Origin: an uncultured Methanoregulaceae archaeon
GTDB lineage: Archaea; Halobacteriota; Methanomicrobia; Methanomicrobiales; Methanospirillaceae
DNA: 64,000 nucleotides
Assembly: GCA_963705255.1 (NCBI GenBank)
Contig: OY970061.1
Span: 288,001 to 352,000 of the forward strand
Reading direction: 5' to 3'
The stretch's first letter is position 1; every line of letters starts with the position of its first letter. A program made the translations under genes and the position numbers. Shown here piece by piece: positions 21,356-31,537 of this stretch. Under the pieces are notes generated by a model. It was not told the origin of the DNA. It did no database searches and worked only from the letters and a program-made list of their open reading frames with translations.

Positions 21356-21585
21356 GGTTTTTCACTTAATTGAAAATTGTGTGTTGGAGGGGATAAGGGT
21401 GGGGGGGTGTTGGAAAATAAATTGTGTTAACGATTCATGTTGAAATCATGTTGAAAAAATGTCGCGAGGTAGTCCTATGACTATGGAAAAACACTGGATA
21501 ACTCATAACTCAATAATCACTTTCACGCAACTCAAACTGAATAACTAAATTAAGTGACGTATCCAATAGATCCTGAGGTTGGGTA

Positions 21586-22624
21586 TTGAGTCCAAAAGAG
21601 ATCTTTTTTCAAAATGATCGGGTTCTTATTATAAATGATAGTATTTTCGAAACCAAACTTATCAAACCCGACTCTGTTGATCTGGTTGTGACATCGCCCC
21701 CCTATAATGTTGATATCAAATATAATTCGCACGATGATCAGATATCTTACGAAAAATACAAAGAGTTCAGTAAAGACTGGATGACCTGCTGCTACAAGTG
21801 GCTCAAAGATGATGGAAGATTCTGTCTGAATATACCTCTCGATAAAAATAAAGGTGGCCAGCAGAGTGTTGGTGCCGATTTAACAACGATTGCAAAAAAG
21901 ATCGGTTTTAATTATCATTCTACTATCATCTGGAATGAAGGAAATATTTCACGACGGACTGCCTGGGGTTCATGGTTGAGTGCTTCTGCACCCTACGTGA
22001 TTGCACCCGTTGAATTAATTGTCATTTTGTACAAAAAATACCTGGAAGAAGACAAGCGGTTCTCAAGAATCAGATATTTTACGACAGGATTTTTTGGATT
22101 GGACCAATGGGCTCTGGTCTTTTAGCGGAGAGAGTAAAAAGAAAATCGGACACCCTGCACCGTTCCCTGTCGAATTGCCAAAGCGATGTATGAAATTATT
22201 CAGTTTCAAAGGAGATACGGTTTTAGATCCTTTCCTCGGAAGTGGAACAACCCTTGTTGCGTCTTACCTCAATGACCGGAAAGGAATTGGAATTGATATC
22301 GATCCTCACTATTGTCAGATTGCGCTTGATCGTCTGAAAAAAGAAGGCGGAATGGGACAGACCAGCATCTCACAATACTTCACACAGCCCAAAACAAAAC
22401 CAAAAAGCAAGAAAACCGGCTTAACCCAAACGGATATTATTTTCCAATATTTCAAAGATCATCCATCACGATCCGTTACCTATGATGATGTCGGAGAATG
22501 GATCAAACAAGAGAGTGAAAAAAATTCTGTTATGGAAATCAAAGCTTTTGAAAAAATTATGAGGACTCTGGCAAAAGAAGGAAAAATTACCAAAATTGAC
22601 AAAGGCCTTTTCAAATACGAATAA
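21586..22624 (+). CDS. Site-specific DNA methyltransferase (beta class, N4-C/N6-A) with C-terminal wHTH-like tail; +1 frameshift in the A-run at ~22035
   Basis: VTSPPYN (motif IV), HPAPFP and VLDPFLGSGTT (motif I); the two ORFs join by removing one A. Confidence 0.88.
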
Positions 22625-22734
22625 CCCGAATTGATTGCTACCCGGGCTTGTCTTTTTTCAATTAGGTTTATTTTAGTATAAATATAAACAAAGGTTTCTG
22701 ACAGAGTATTCATTCCACGAGATGGTGTCAAGCA

Positions 22735-23325
22735 ATGCCCGAACGAACTCAAAATCAGGAGCGCCAAGCATCCGTGAGCAGGGAAGGTGCAAAATTTGAA
22801 TTATATGTGAAAAATTCCTTGAATGATTCGTTTACCACTCAAAAGCAAAATATCCGAATATTGAATGGAAATGAAGTTTTCAAGGACCCGCATCTCAAAG
22901 ACCATTTTACAATACCTGTTCGGGGATTCAACAAGAACTGGGGTGATGTGGATCTCGTTGCAAAAGATCTTGACACCAATCATCCTATCGCATTAATTAG
23001 TTGTAAATTGAGTCTTCATGGACGGTTTTCTGAAACTCTTTTCTACTCGAAGATATATCGTGATAAAATACCTGATTTGAAAGTAGTTTTCGCAACACCG
23101 GATAAAGGAAGGCAGAGCCAACCCGGCATTTGGAAATCCGAATGGGGCACAACTCCAAACCCAACAAAAGATCGTGCTTTTGCGGAAACATTTCTCGATG
23201 GGGTTTACATTGATAATGAATATCGGATAAGTGAATGGGGATTAACTGGAGCGACCGTTCTTGGTGGAAAAATTAAGCCATTCGCTCAATTGGCCGGAGA
23301 TATTGAAAGTTGGAAAATTGTTTGA
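22735..23325 (+). CDS. Putative type II restriction endonuclease (PD-(D/E)XK)
   Basis: G..FE, GDVDLV...ISCKLSLHGR (PD...S-x-K variant seen in Cfr10I/BsaWI-like enzymes); adjacent to the MTase. Confidence 0.7.
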   Translation: MPERTQNQERQASVSREGAKFELYVKNSLNDSFTTQKQNIRILNGNEVFKDPHLKDHFTIPVRGFNKNWGDVDLVAKDLDTNHPIALISCKLSLHGRFSETLFYSKIYRDKIPDLKVVFATPDKGRQSQPGIWKSEWGTTPNPTKDRAFAETFLDGVYIDNEYRISEWGLTGATVLGGKIKPFAQLAGDIESWKIV

Positions 23326-23447
23326 TAATCCATCTACAGACGAACATCTTATCAGTTTTTTAACCATTCTTCGAGTTCAGAATAACAATTTTTATTACCA
23401 AAATTTTTCAGAAATTATAATGTCATAGGAAACTCACAGTCAATGCA

Positions 23448-24323
23448 ATGGTAAATTTCGAAAACTGGTTTTTCAAATACAATACTTGGTCGTACAGCAA
23501 GCACCGGCTTTTTGATTTATGTAAAAGAAATTTTTATTACCGCTATATTGGGACTGCTCTAAAAGAGTCCACTGATTTCGATACTTATAAATTAAAACGG
23601 CTGAAGGACCTTAATTCAAAATATGCGTTAGAAGGACTATTGATCCATGGCGTTATCGAAAATCAGATTGGACAACATTACCTCGGAAGAGATCTGAACG
23701 AAGGTGGAGCAAAATCTCAGTTTGTCCAAAGAGTTGAGCAATACCGAAAAACGGCATGCGATATGATAACTGAATTTTTTAATGGACTTCCTAAAGATGA
23801 TGAATTCTTTGACAGAATTAGAGCCGAAGGCCAGGATAAAATTAGCATGTTTTTTGGTGTTATCTGGCCCCAATTAAAAGATCTCGAATACCTGAAACAT
23901 GAAGATTTTGACAAATTCAAAATCAACGACGTGGAAGTTACTGTCAAAGTGGATTATGTTAGCAAAACAAAAAATGATATAATTGTACTTACGGACTGGA
24001 AGACTGGCCAAGATAATGAAGAATATGAAAGTGATCTGCAGATTGGGACTTATGTACTCTGGGCGATGCAATATTATCAGAAAACGCCAATACAGATTCG
24101 AAATGAGCTTGCCTACTTGAAAACTGGCATGATGCGACAGACTGAATTCAACGACGAAGTTTTGGAAACAATTAGAAAAAAGATTGTCGACGATTTCGAG
24201 CAGATGAATTTGAATTATGAGATGAACAATTATCCTGCCTCTCCAGAACCTCGTAAATGCATTAGCTGCCAGTTTGGGACTGTTTGCCCGGAATCTAAGA
24301 TTAAAGATTATTTAAAAGGGTGA
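23448..24323 (+). CDS. Cas4/RecB-like PD-(D/E)XK nuclease (PDDEXK_1) with probable Fe-S cysteines
   Basis: WSYS...C (N-terminal), G..IH, KVD..., DWKTG, Q...Y and C-terminal CISCQFGTVC. Confidence 0.85.
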   Translation: MVNFENWFFKYNTWSYSKHRLFDLCKRNFYYRYIGTALKESTDFDTYKLKRLKDLNSKYALEGLLIHGVIENQIGQHYLGRDLNEGGAKSQFVQRVEQYRKTACDMITEFFNGLPKDDEFFDRIRAEGQDKISMFFGVIWPQLKDLEYLKHEDFDKFKINDVEVTVKVDYVSKTKNDIIVLTDWKTGQDNEEYESDLQIGTYVLWAMQYYQKTPIQIRNELAYLKTGMMRQTEFNDEVLETIRKKIVDDFEQMNLNYEMNNYPASPEPRKCISCQFGTVCPESKIKDYLKG

Positions 24324-24327
24324 TTTT

Positions 24328-26958
24328 GTGGATAAAAAAATGGAAATTTTGATCATATTTGCAAATATTTCTGAGAACAAGACCACAATCTCTTTAGACT
24401 CCTTGAGTAATATCCGACTTATTCTGAGTTTATTTCAAGAAGAAATAATCTCTGACGATGAATTCAATCAAGAACTTGAAAATCTTATTGAAGAGGGTTA
24501 TTTATCGAAATCTAGATCGGAAGAATTCGAAGTTACTCCACGTGGTCTCGACAATAGTCAAATCTATTGGAAGAACCCTTCTAGGCGAATCAGAGTATGA
24601 TCGATTAACACATTCTATTTTAGATTATACGAATTCCAAAGGAAAGCCTAAATATATTAGAATGCTTGGGGATCGCCTTAATAAACTTCAGCAGGCGAAA
24701 GCAAATAAGACGAGAAATGTTGATCCGAATTCCGTCCATCCGCTAGGAATTTTAATAAAAATTCAACACAATATAGAGCAACTTTTCACCAGCGAATTTA
24801 ATCTCATTGCTGATCATCTAAAAGATAATAAAATCTTTGAGAACGAAAAGAAAAACTTGCAAAACAAACTTTCTCGTCAGTATAACATTCCAATAATTGT
24901 TTTGCGATCTGGAAATACTCTTCTTGTAACAGGTCCGATCAGAATTGAATCGATTTCATTTTTCAACACAATTCTATCATCTGTAAAATGTTATCCGACT
25001 GAACGAAGGAAAATACCACAATGGAATAATGTAATTTTATATCATTTCGTTGAGAAAGCATTAAGAAAAATTGGGTTTTTACCTTCTGGACAATTTACCT
25101 TCACGAATTATTCAAACTGCAAACAGCATGAAGAAAACTCCGGTTATTTAGAATGTGATGCAATAAAATTGAGTTTCATCGACCTCAAGAACGACACGGT
25201 TTTTGTTTTCGTCGAATCATATCAGTCAATTCTTCATTCTTTACTTCAATTCATAGCTGTAAATTTAAAAAGTGGAACATCAAGAGATGCGATCATCGAT
25301 AAGATCAAAAAATTAAAATTGAGAGTAATTCCCTTTGGGAGGAGAATTAATTTTATAGATCTTGCCTGGGATAAAGATTTGAGTCATGAAAAAATCCCAG
25401 ATAGCATGAAAACATACTGTGAATACTGGGAAGACACACATGGGATTCTAATATCTCAAATAATTCAACCTATTATCATAACTCAAGCCTTCAACCGATC
25501 ATTATCCTATCCAGCCGAAATGATAAATATCGACAAACTTTCTATTGAACAGGCTTACGGGAATGTTCCAAAACGAAAGCCGAGATATGAGGACCTAGAT
25601 GAAAGATTTAATAAAATAAAATATCTCTCTAGTTTCAAGTCATATCGTGATGAAAATACAGAAAAATTTTTTAAATTGAATATTATCGAAAACTCTCCTT
25701 CTCTAAAAACGTTGATTGATCTAAACGGATTTAAAGGAACGGTTCAGATTTCACCACCATTATTGGAATTTTCAAGAGGGGCGTTTAGTATTGATCCTTT
25801 GGATGTCTTTAATCATGAATTTGGACCTGTTTGCGGGAAGAAAAATCTTGTAATCACTCATATCCTTACTCACGTGTCTATTAGTGACAGACAAATTGAT
25901 ATTTTCTGTGACGCAATAAGTCGAGCATTTAATATTTTTAATTTTGGCACAATAAGCAAGAATCCAGGAGCAAAAATAAAAAAATTCGATTCGATAACGA
26001 ACCTCAATGCTCTTGAAAATAAAGTCCGTGAATTTGAACCGTTAAACAATTCCAATGCAATTGGAATTGCAATAATTCCGGATGACTCGTCATTTTATTA
26101 CTCGTTAAAAAATATGTTTCCTGTCAAAACTGGTACGAGACTTCAAATTGTTAAAATGTCATCATTCGATAAAATAATTTCATCTAATTTTCCGGGTATG
26201 AAGCTTCTCAGCTCTAAATATTTTTATTAAAGCATTGAAAACAAATGAAGCCGTATGGACATTAGCAACATCTGCGGGGTCTCTCGAAAGAAAAATCCTT
26301 ATTCTTGGGTATTGGTTTCAGTCAAAATCCGTATGAAGGTAAAATCAGTAAATGCGCTACAGTGATGCATGACTCCCACGGAGCAAAAATAACTTGGAAA
26401 GTGTTTGCAACCCCCCAACAAAAAAGAACAATCGATGTAATTTGGTTTGATAATTTATTAACAAGAATCCACGATATCGTCGATTCTGAAAAACCATCTC
26501 GAATCGTTTGTTATCGAACTGGAGAATTGTTCCCAACGGAAATGGATGCCTTAAAAATTGCAATAAAAAAATGTCAATGGCTTGATTCGATAAAATTATC
26601 ATTTATTTCAATAATTGATGCATCGAATTGCCGGTTTTTCAAAAGAAATGATAGAAAGTTGAATCTACCGGCGGGATATGGAATAATAATTAATGACAAA
26701 GAAGCTTTTCTCTCCACATCAAATTATGATAGTCGTGGGTTGCGGCAGGGAACTGTGATGCCAGTTCGAATAAAAAATGAACTTGGTGATGATCTGATAA
26801 CAAATATCCTCATGGAATACCATGACCTGACCTACCTAAACTGGCAAACTCCATTTACTACTGCAAAACATCCACTGGTTGTAACAATTGCAAATCGCTT
26901 TGCGGAACTCACGAGAGAAGGAGTGCCCACGGAGAACACATTTTATTTGGATTTATGA
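24328..26958 (+). CDS. ago: Long prokaryotic Argonaute (wHTH?-N-PAZ-MID-PIWI*), catalytic tetrad degenerate; three +1 frameshifts (~24550, ~26210, ~26278), ~875 aa when repaired
   Basis: PAZ-like TYCEYWEDTHGI...QPII...YPAEM; MID-like FYYSLK...LQIV; LALNIFIK...VWTL; PIWI FLGIGFS, YRTG, QGTVMPV, DLTYLNWQT..KHPLVVTIANRFA. Confidence 0.82.
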
Positions 26959-27912
26959 CGGTCACAGTAATTTCAGACGAAATAATATCAGCCTTGTCAA
27001 CTCTGGCACCCTCAATAGATCCAGCAAAAGCAAAATTGGAGATAGATCCAATTTCAATCGAATTCTCAAATTTTTTCAGCTGAACCTCTTGGATTAATCG
27101 TAATTGAATTTATCCAAGAAACCGTGAAAGATGGAAACTATTCATTTTTAATTCCAAATAAGTGTCCGGATAGAAAAGAGTTCGATAGAATAATTTATTC
27201 ATTGTACTCCCAAAAGAGACATGAAAAATTATCTTACTTGCTGGATATTTACCATTTTTTCTGGATTAAACACCCGGATATAGAAACAAGTGCATTATTC
27301 GATTCTCTAAAAAAAATCGAGGAATCGAGAACAATAATTTCGAAAAAAACTATTCTCAAAATTTGTTCAGAATGCTCATCAGATTCTCGCGATAATCCAT
27401 GTTGTAAATCGACAGATCGAAATCTCCTTGAAATTACGGATTGTTCATTACATGAAAATGTTGGGGCAGTTATCCGTTTCAACCAACATATGGAGATTTA
27501 TGTAAAAAACCAATTGAACAAATCAGGCATAAAAACAGTTGGTTGGGAAAAGGAACGATATGGAAAAGAAATCTGCACAAGTGTAACATATCATTGTGAC
27601 GGTGAACCAATTGAGATGGATACAATCGGTATCTCAACACCTCTTGCAGTATTATTAATCGAAGTAAAGACAGCGAAGAATACTTCCATGAATGAAATTA
27701 GAAAGACGGAAAATAAGTTTGAATCGATAATTTCCAAGATCAATAAGATCTCTAATCGAACAATCCCCTTTTTAAAAATTTTTGTTACGAGCGGCGAATT
27801 CGATCCGAATCTACCAATAAAAGCATACCAGAGAAAAAATTGGGATTTTATTGACAGATCAAAGGTTACGAAAATAAACGAAGAGTTTGAGAAAATTAAA
27901 AAATCACTTTAA
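26955..27912 (+). CDS. Ago-coupled protein with Cys-rich (Zn-finger-like) middle and C-terminal PD-(D/E)XK nuclease; frameshift in the T-run at ~27073
   Basis: ATGA overlap with the Ago stop; MTVTVISDEII... joins FSAEPLGLIVIEFIQETVKDG; CSEC...CSLH; E...EMD...LLIEVK. Confidence 0.7.
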
Positions 27913-27960
27913 TTATTTGAGTTTGACACAGGTTACATTAAAAATTAATTTTATTGATCA

Positions 27961-29547
27961 TTAAATGTCGTAGACGCCTGAATCGGGGACAGAGAACTCG
28001 GCGTTTGCACCGTTATAAAATGAGATATCTTCGTCTTTGAGAATTTTGAAAAATGGATCTTCCTCAAGAATTTCTTCCGAAGCAATCAACCATCCCTTAT
28101 TCACGGCTTCATATGCTAATAGCCAATGATCATCATATAACTGTTCTTTAACTAAGAACTTCATCCAAATATTCTCGTTTAAATCATCTTTTATTAATCC
28201 GATATTTCTCATGTCCAACGCAATTAGGGCTACTATAGGATTGTCATTTTTCGAAAGAATTTCTGAAACATCATTTTCCATTACAAAATTCATTTCTTTT
28301 GCCAACCACAATGCCCAAGCGATTTCAAAATCATTTGAATATTTGCTATGGAACCGGATCAATTCAGAAATCGTCTCTCCAATTCTATCGATTTTTCCTT
28401 CATAATTAATATCTTTGAGACGCAACAAAATTTCTACAACGTTTGGAATGCACGAGCTTTGAACTTGCATCGATTTCAACAACAACGATTCAAATAATGG
28501 AATATTATCATCAAATATTTTTTTATTTCTAACGCGTATAATCCCATATTTTAAAACAAAATCGTCAGGAAATAATGCACAATACTCATTCACTCGACTG
28601 AAATAATTTATGAGATCCGTTTTTTGAGTTTTAATATTATTCGAAGAATTCTCAGGAATCCTAAAATTAAATTGTCGAATACCGGGTACCCATATGGGTT
28701 CCAATATGTGTGGGACTTCGCATATTTTTATTTTACTGGGGTTCACCTCTAATTCAAAATTTTTTAAAATTTTTTGTAATTTGGTGAGAGCTTCTTCGGC
28801 TACATATAAATCTTGAAAAAAAAGGAAATAATCGTCAATAATCCGAATTCCTTTTAATGGTTCATTCAATTGTTTTTCTAATTCAATATCTACTGCAGTA
28901 GCAATTATCTCCGCTACTATCACAGAAGAATCCGGTCCGATTGGAATCCCAATTGTCTGTCCGTCTCTAGTTCCTCTCAAACATCTATCAAGATCATTTC
29001 CAAAAAGAGATCGATTATTACGTTCACGTTTAGCAATTGCTTTGCCATGAAGTGCCCAAGCTATACTATGAGTATAGATTGTATCATAATACCTCGAAAT
29101 ATCCGCCCTCAACATATGTCTAAATTGGGTGGATCTTAAAGCAATTTCTTGCTCAAAATTTACCTTATCTTTAACAACATCGAAAGAACGTTTTTGTTTA
29201 TCTCTAATAATTGGAAAACAAGGTCTTGATATTGAGATAGGAGACTTTTTTACATGATCCTTTATTTTATCCCAATTTTTTTCAATATAATAACAAAGCA
29301 TCAATTGATAAAATGGGTTTGGAATTGTCAAATTTCGTCGAAGATTTTTAACTCTGGGAACTGAAAATAAACAACTTTTGGATCCTGGTATATTTTTTTT
29401 TGATTTTTTAGTCCATTGTTTAATAGATCTCTCTAATTCGCTCAAAGGTAACAAATTCATTTTTTCTGCAAGATCATTGGTTTGAAAAGGAGGTGGAACT
29501 TCAACGGGGAAATACCCCCAATTAATAAGATCCTTTGCTGTGAGCAT
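27961..29547 (-). CDS. Defence-associated reverse transcriptase of UG/Abi (DRT/AbiK-like) type with alpha-helical C-terminus
   Basis: RRNLTIPNP, ADISRYYDTIYTHSIAWALHG, GIPIGPDSS, RIIDDY (YxDD equivalent), LEVNPSK; C-terminal helical EIAWALW/HWLLAYE. Confidence 0.88.
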   Translation of the reverse strand: MLTAKDLINWGYFPVEVPPPFQTNDLAEKMNLLPLSELERSIKQWTKKSKKNIPGSKSCLFSVPRVKNLRRNLTIPNPFYQLMLCYYIEKNWDKIKDHVKKSPISISRPCFPIIRDKQKRSFDVVKDKVNFEQEIALRSTQFRHMLRADISRYYDTIYTHSIAWALHGKAIAKRERNNRSLFGNDLDRCLRGTRDGQTIGIPIGPDSSVIVAEIIATAVDIELEKQLNEPLKGIRIIDDYFLFFQDLYVAEEALTKLQKILKNFELEVNPSKIKICEVPHILEPIWVPGIRQFNFRIPENSSNNIKTQKTDLINYFSRVNEYCALFPDDFVLKYGIIRVRNKKIFDDNIPLFESLLLKSMQVQSSCIPNVVEILLRLKDINYEGKIDRIGETISELIRFHSKYSNDFEIAWALWLAKEMNFVMENDVSEILSKNDNPIVALIALDMRNIGLIKDDLNENIWMKFLVKEQLYDDHWLLAYEAVNKGWLIASEEILEEDPFFKILKDEDISFYNGANAEFSVPDSGVYDI

Positions 29548-29652
29548 TAATGAGTATTCAAATCAAGCAAGGAAAATACTATCTTTTTTTATTTTGCTTT
29601 CAGTAATCAAACAGAGACCCATGTTGCTGTGATCCTCAAATCCCCGGAGAAA

Positions 29653-29910
29653 TTATTCCCCTTTCCCTTCAATAATCGCGATAACTTTCTTTCCGGTATC
29701 AGTTATCCGGTAATATCGGCCCGTGTGTTCATCCGGTGTCAGGCATTCAACGAGGCCCTTTTCGGTAAGTTCAATCATGACTCTGCTGATCGTAGAGCGG
29801 TCCATAACCAGTTGTTTGGCGAGATTCGTTGGCGAGTTGGGTTTATGAAGAGCTTTAAGCACCAGTCTCCTGGTCTTCCCTCTACCGACAAAACTCACAA
29901 GGTCAAACAT
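29653..29910 (-). CDS. Small winged-helix transcriptional regulator
   Basis: SPTNLAKQL..RSTISRVMIELTEKGLVEC...GRYYRITDTG. Confidence 0.85.
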   Translation of the reverse strand: MFDLVSFVGRGKTRRLVLKALHKPNSPTNLAKQLVMDRSTISRVMIELTEKGLVECLTPDEHTGRYYRITDTGKKVIAIIEGKGE

Positions 29911-29995
29911 TTAATGAAAAATGGGGTGATTATTGTGATGAATTTGCGTAGTGATGATGTTGTACTGATGTGGTAAATTTTATCGCCTTCCCCGG

Positions 29996-30430
29996 CCAAT
30001 ACCTACTCCGGTGCCTGGTGAACATAAATCGAATAAATGTGGATGTGAAAATATCCCGGAGCGGTCACCCCCGGCTGTAAACTTTGTTCCGACCTGGAAC
30101 ATTGTCGCTCCGCAGGTGCTTCACCAGACACCGCATCGGGGAGATTCTTCGTCAAGGATCTCCCCAATTTTAGAGTAATTCGAAGAACTCCTACGAGTTC
30201 TTCTCATCCTCTCATAACCTCATGGCTATGAGAGTGCTCCCAAATAACCCCGGTACGGCCCCGGATTCCCTGTTTTTCCGGAGACAGAGACAGTAATTCC
30301 GGAAAATGAGACAGTAATTCATGCATTTCCGGTCATTTTTACACCTGAAACCATGAGACGCTATTTGGGTGCATTTGGACACGAAAAAGAGGGTGGATCG
30401 GGTTTCAGCCCGTCTTTGCATATTTTCTGG
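29996..30430. repeat. Interspersed repeat B, copy 1
   Basis: Aligns by eye with 32544-33112 and 31252-31430 (GCGGTCACCCCCGGCT...GGGGATT..GATCCCC; CTCATAACC..ATGAGAG; GTAATTCCGGAAAATGAGACAGTAATTC). Confidence 0.85.
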
Positions 30431-30662
30431 AATGGAAGAGGCTTCCTGATGATTATGGGGGGTGTCGCGATTTTACGTCGGAGAAGGGATACCTTAAGAG
30501 TACTATCCCCCCGGCAGAGCCCCCTCCGGCGATCACCGGCGCAGGAGTGCCCTGCCACTCTCAACCGCGATGGCAAAAACACATGAGCCAATGTGAGTCC
30601 GGTCCCCACAACAGGCCGGGCAAAAAATGGAAAATAATCGGAAGATGTAAAATACGTTTTTG

Positions 30663-30881
30663 TTATTCAGCCTGGACTGCAACGAATGTTGCCGATGAAT
30701 GGGATTTTGGGACTGGCATACCATCCTCAATAAGCCCGCGGATATGCATCTCGATCGCTTCATGCATCCGCTCTTCCGTTTCCTCGCGGGTTTTTCCGGT
30801 TGCAATACAACCAGGAAGATCCGGAGAGTATGCCGAAAAATTCTTTCCGGCTTTTTCAATTACAATCAGGAACCTGTGCAT
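30663..30881 (-). CDS. hicB: HicB family antitoxin
   Basis: FSAYSPDLPGCIATGKTREE...EAIEMHI motif. Confidence 0.9.
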   Translation of the reverse strand: MHRFLIVIEKAGKNFSAYSPDLPGCIATGKTREETEERMHEAIEMHIRGLIEDGMPVPKSHSSATFVAVQAE

Positions 30882-31138
30882 TGTATGATCATTCCTTGAA
30901 TTTCTGAAGAATTGAGCATAGCGAAATTCGAAGACGAGAAGAGTTCATAAGAACTCTTCGAAGGTTCTTGCTTAGAGATACTGTTCATCGTACCGGGGGC
31001 AAGATCATCTGAAAAGTGTCCGGCAATGGTGACCCGTCCGGATTTTTCCTTATGCTTGTACTGACGATGACTTCCCTTCGATGCAACACTATACCATCCA
31101 TCATCCTCGATTAATTTGATCATCTCGCGGACTTTCAG
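30866..31138 (-). CDS. hicA: HicA family toxin; 3' end interrupted by an in-frame palindromic repeat unit
   Basis: KVREMIKLIEDDGW...KGSHRQYKH...GRVTIAGH...DLAPGT; the C-terminus switches to repeat-derived sequence. Confidence 0.8.
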   Translation of the reverse strand: MKVREMIKLIEDDGWYSVASKGSHRQYKHKEKSGRVTIAGHFSDDLAPGTMNSISKQEPSKSSYELFSSSNFAMLNSSEIQGMIIQCTGS

Positions 31139-31251
31139 GATGGATCCTCCGGGTGGTTGTTGATCAGTCTTTGTTGTTGTTGCTCATTAGGTTTTTCTGC
31201 CAGTTTCTTTAAAAAGAGATTTGGCTGGTTTGCAATCGTCCATTGTGCCCT

Positions 31252-31430
31252 GCGGTCACCCCCGGCTTTCAACATATGTTCCGATCCGGAACAGTGTCGC
31301 TCATCAGGGACTTCGCCAGACACCAGGACGTTGGGGGATTTTTCGTCGGAGATCCCCCGCCTTTTCAGGGTACTCTCCTGTCCCTTGCGGGAAGCAAGAG
31401 TAGTTAGAAGAATCTGATGATTCCTCTCAC
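31252..31430. repeat. Interspersed repeat B, copy 2 (partial)
   Basis: Near-identical to 32608-32785. Confidence 0.9.
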
Positions 31431-31537
31431 AATCAAACTCCAACGATAAGATGGGAGAAGCCAGGCCGACCTTCAACTTCGGAGAATTCCGATGCGATAC
31501 GGGGAAGTGATGAAAACGGGGAGTTGACAGCTGCCTG

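Noticed and set aside
22030-22042. Phase-variable or programmed frameshift in the MTase A6 run
   Set aside because: Indistinguishable from the many other indels in this assembly, and the run is short; not claimed without read evidence.
23448-24323. CRISPR-associated cas4 of a Cas operon
   Set aside because: No other cas genes or array in the window; its context is the Argonaute operon.
27961-29547. Group II intron, retron or DGR reverse transcriptase
   Set aside because: No maturase/X or HNH domain, no retron VTG motif or visible msr-msd inverted repeats, and no TR/VR pair; the motifs fit UG/Abi RTs.
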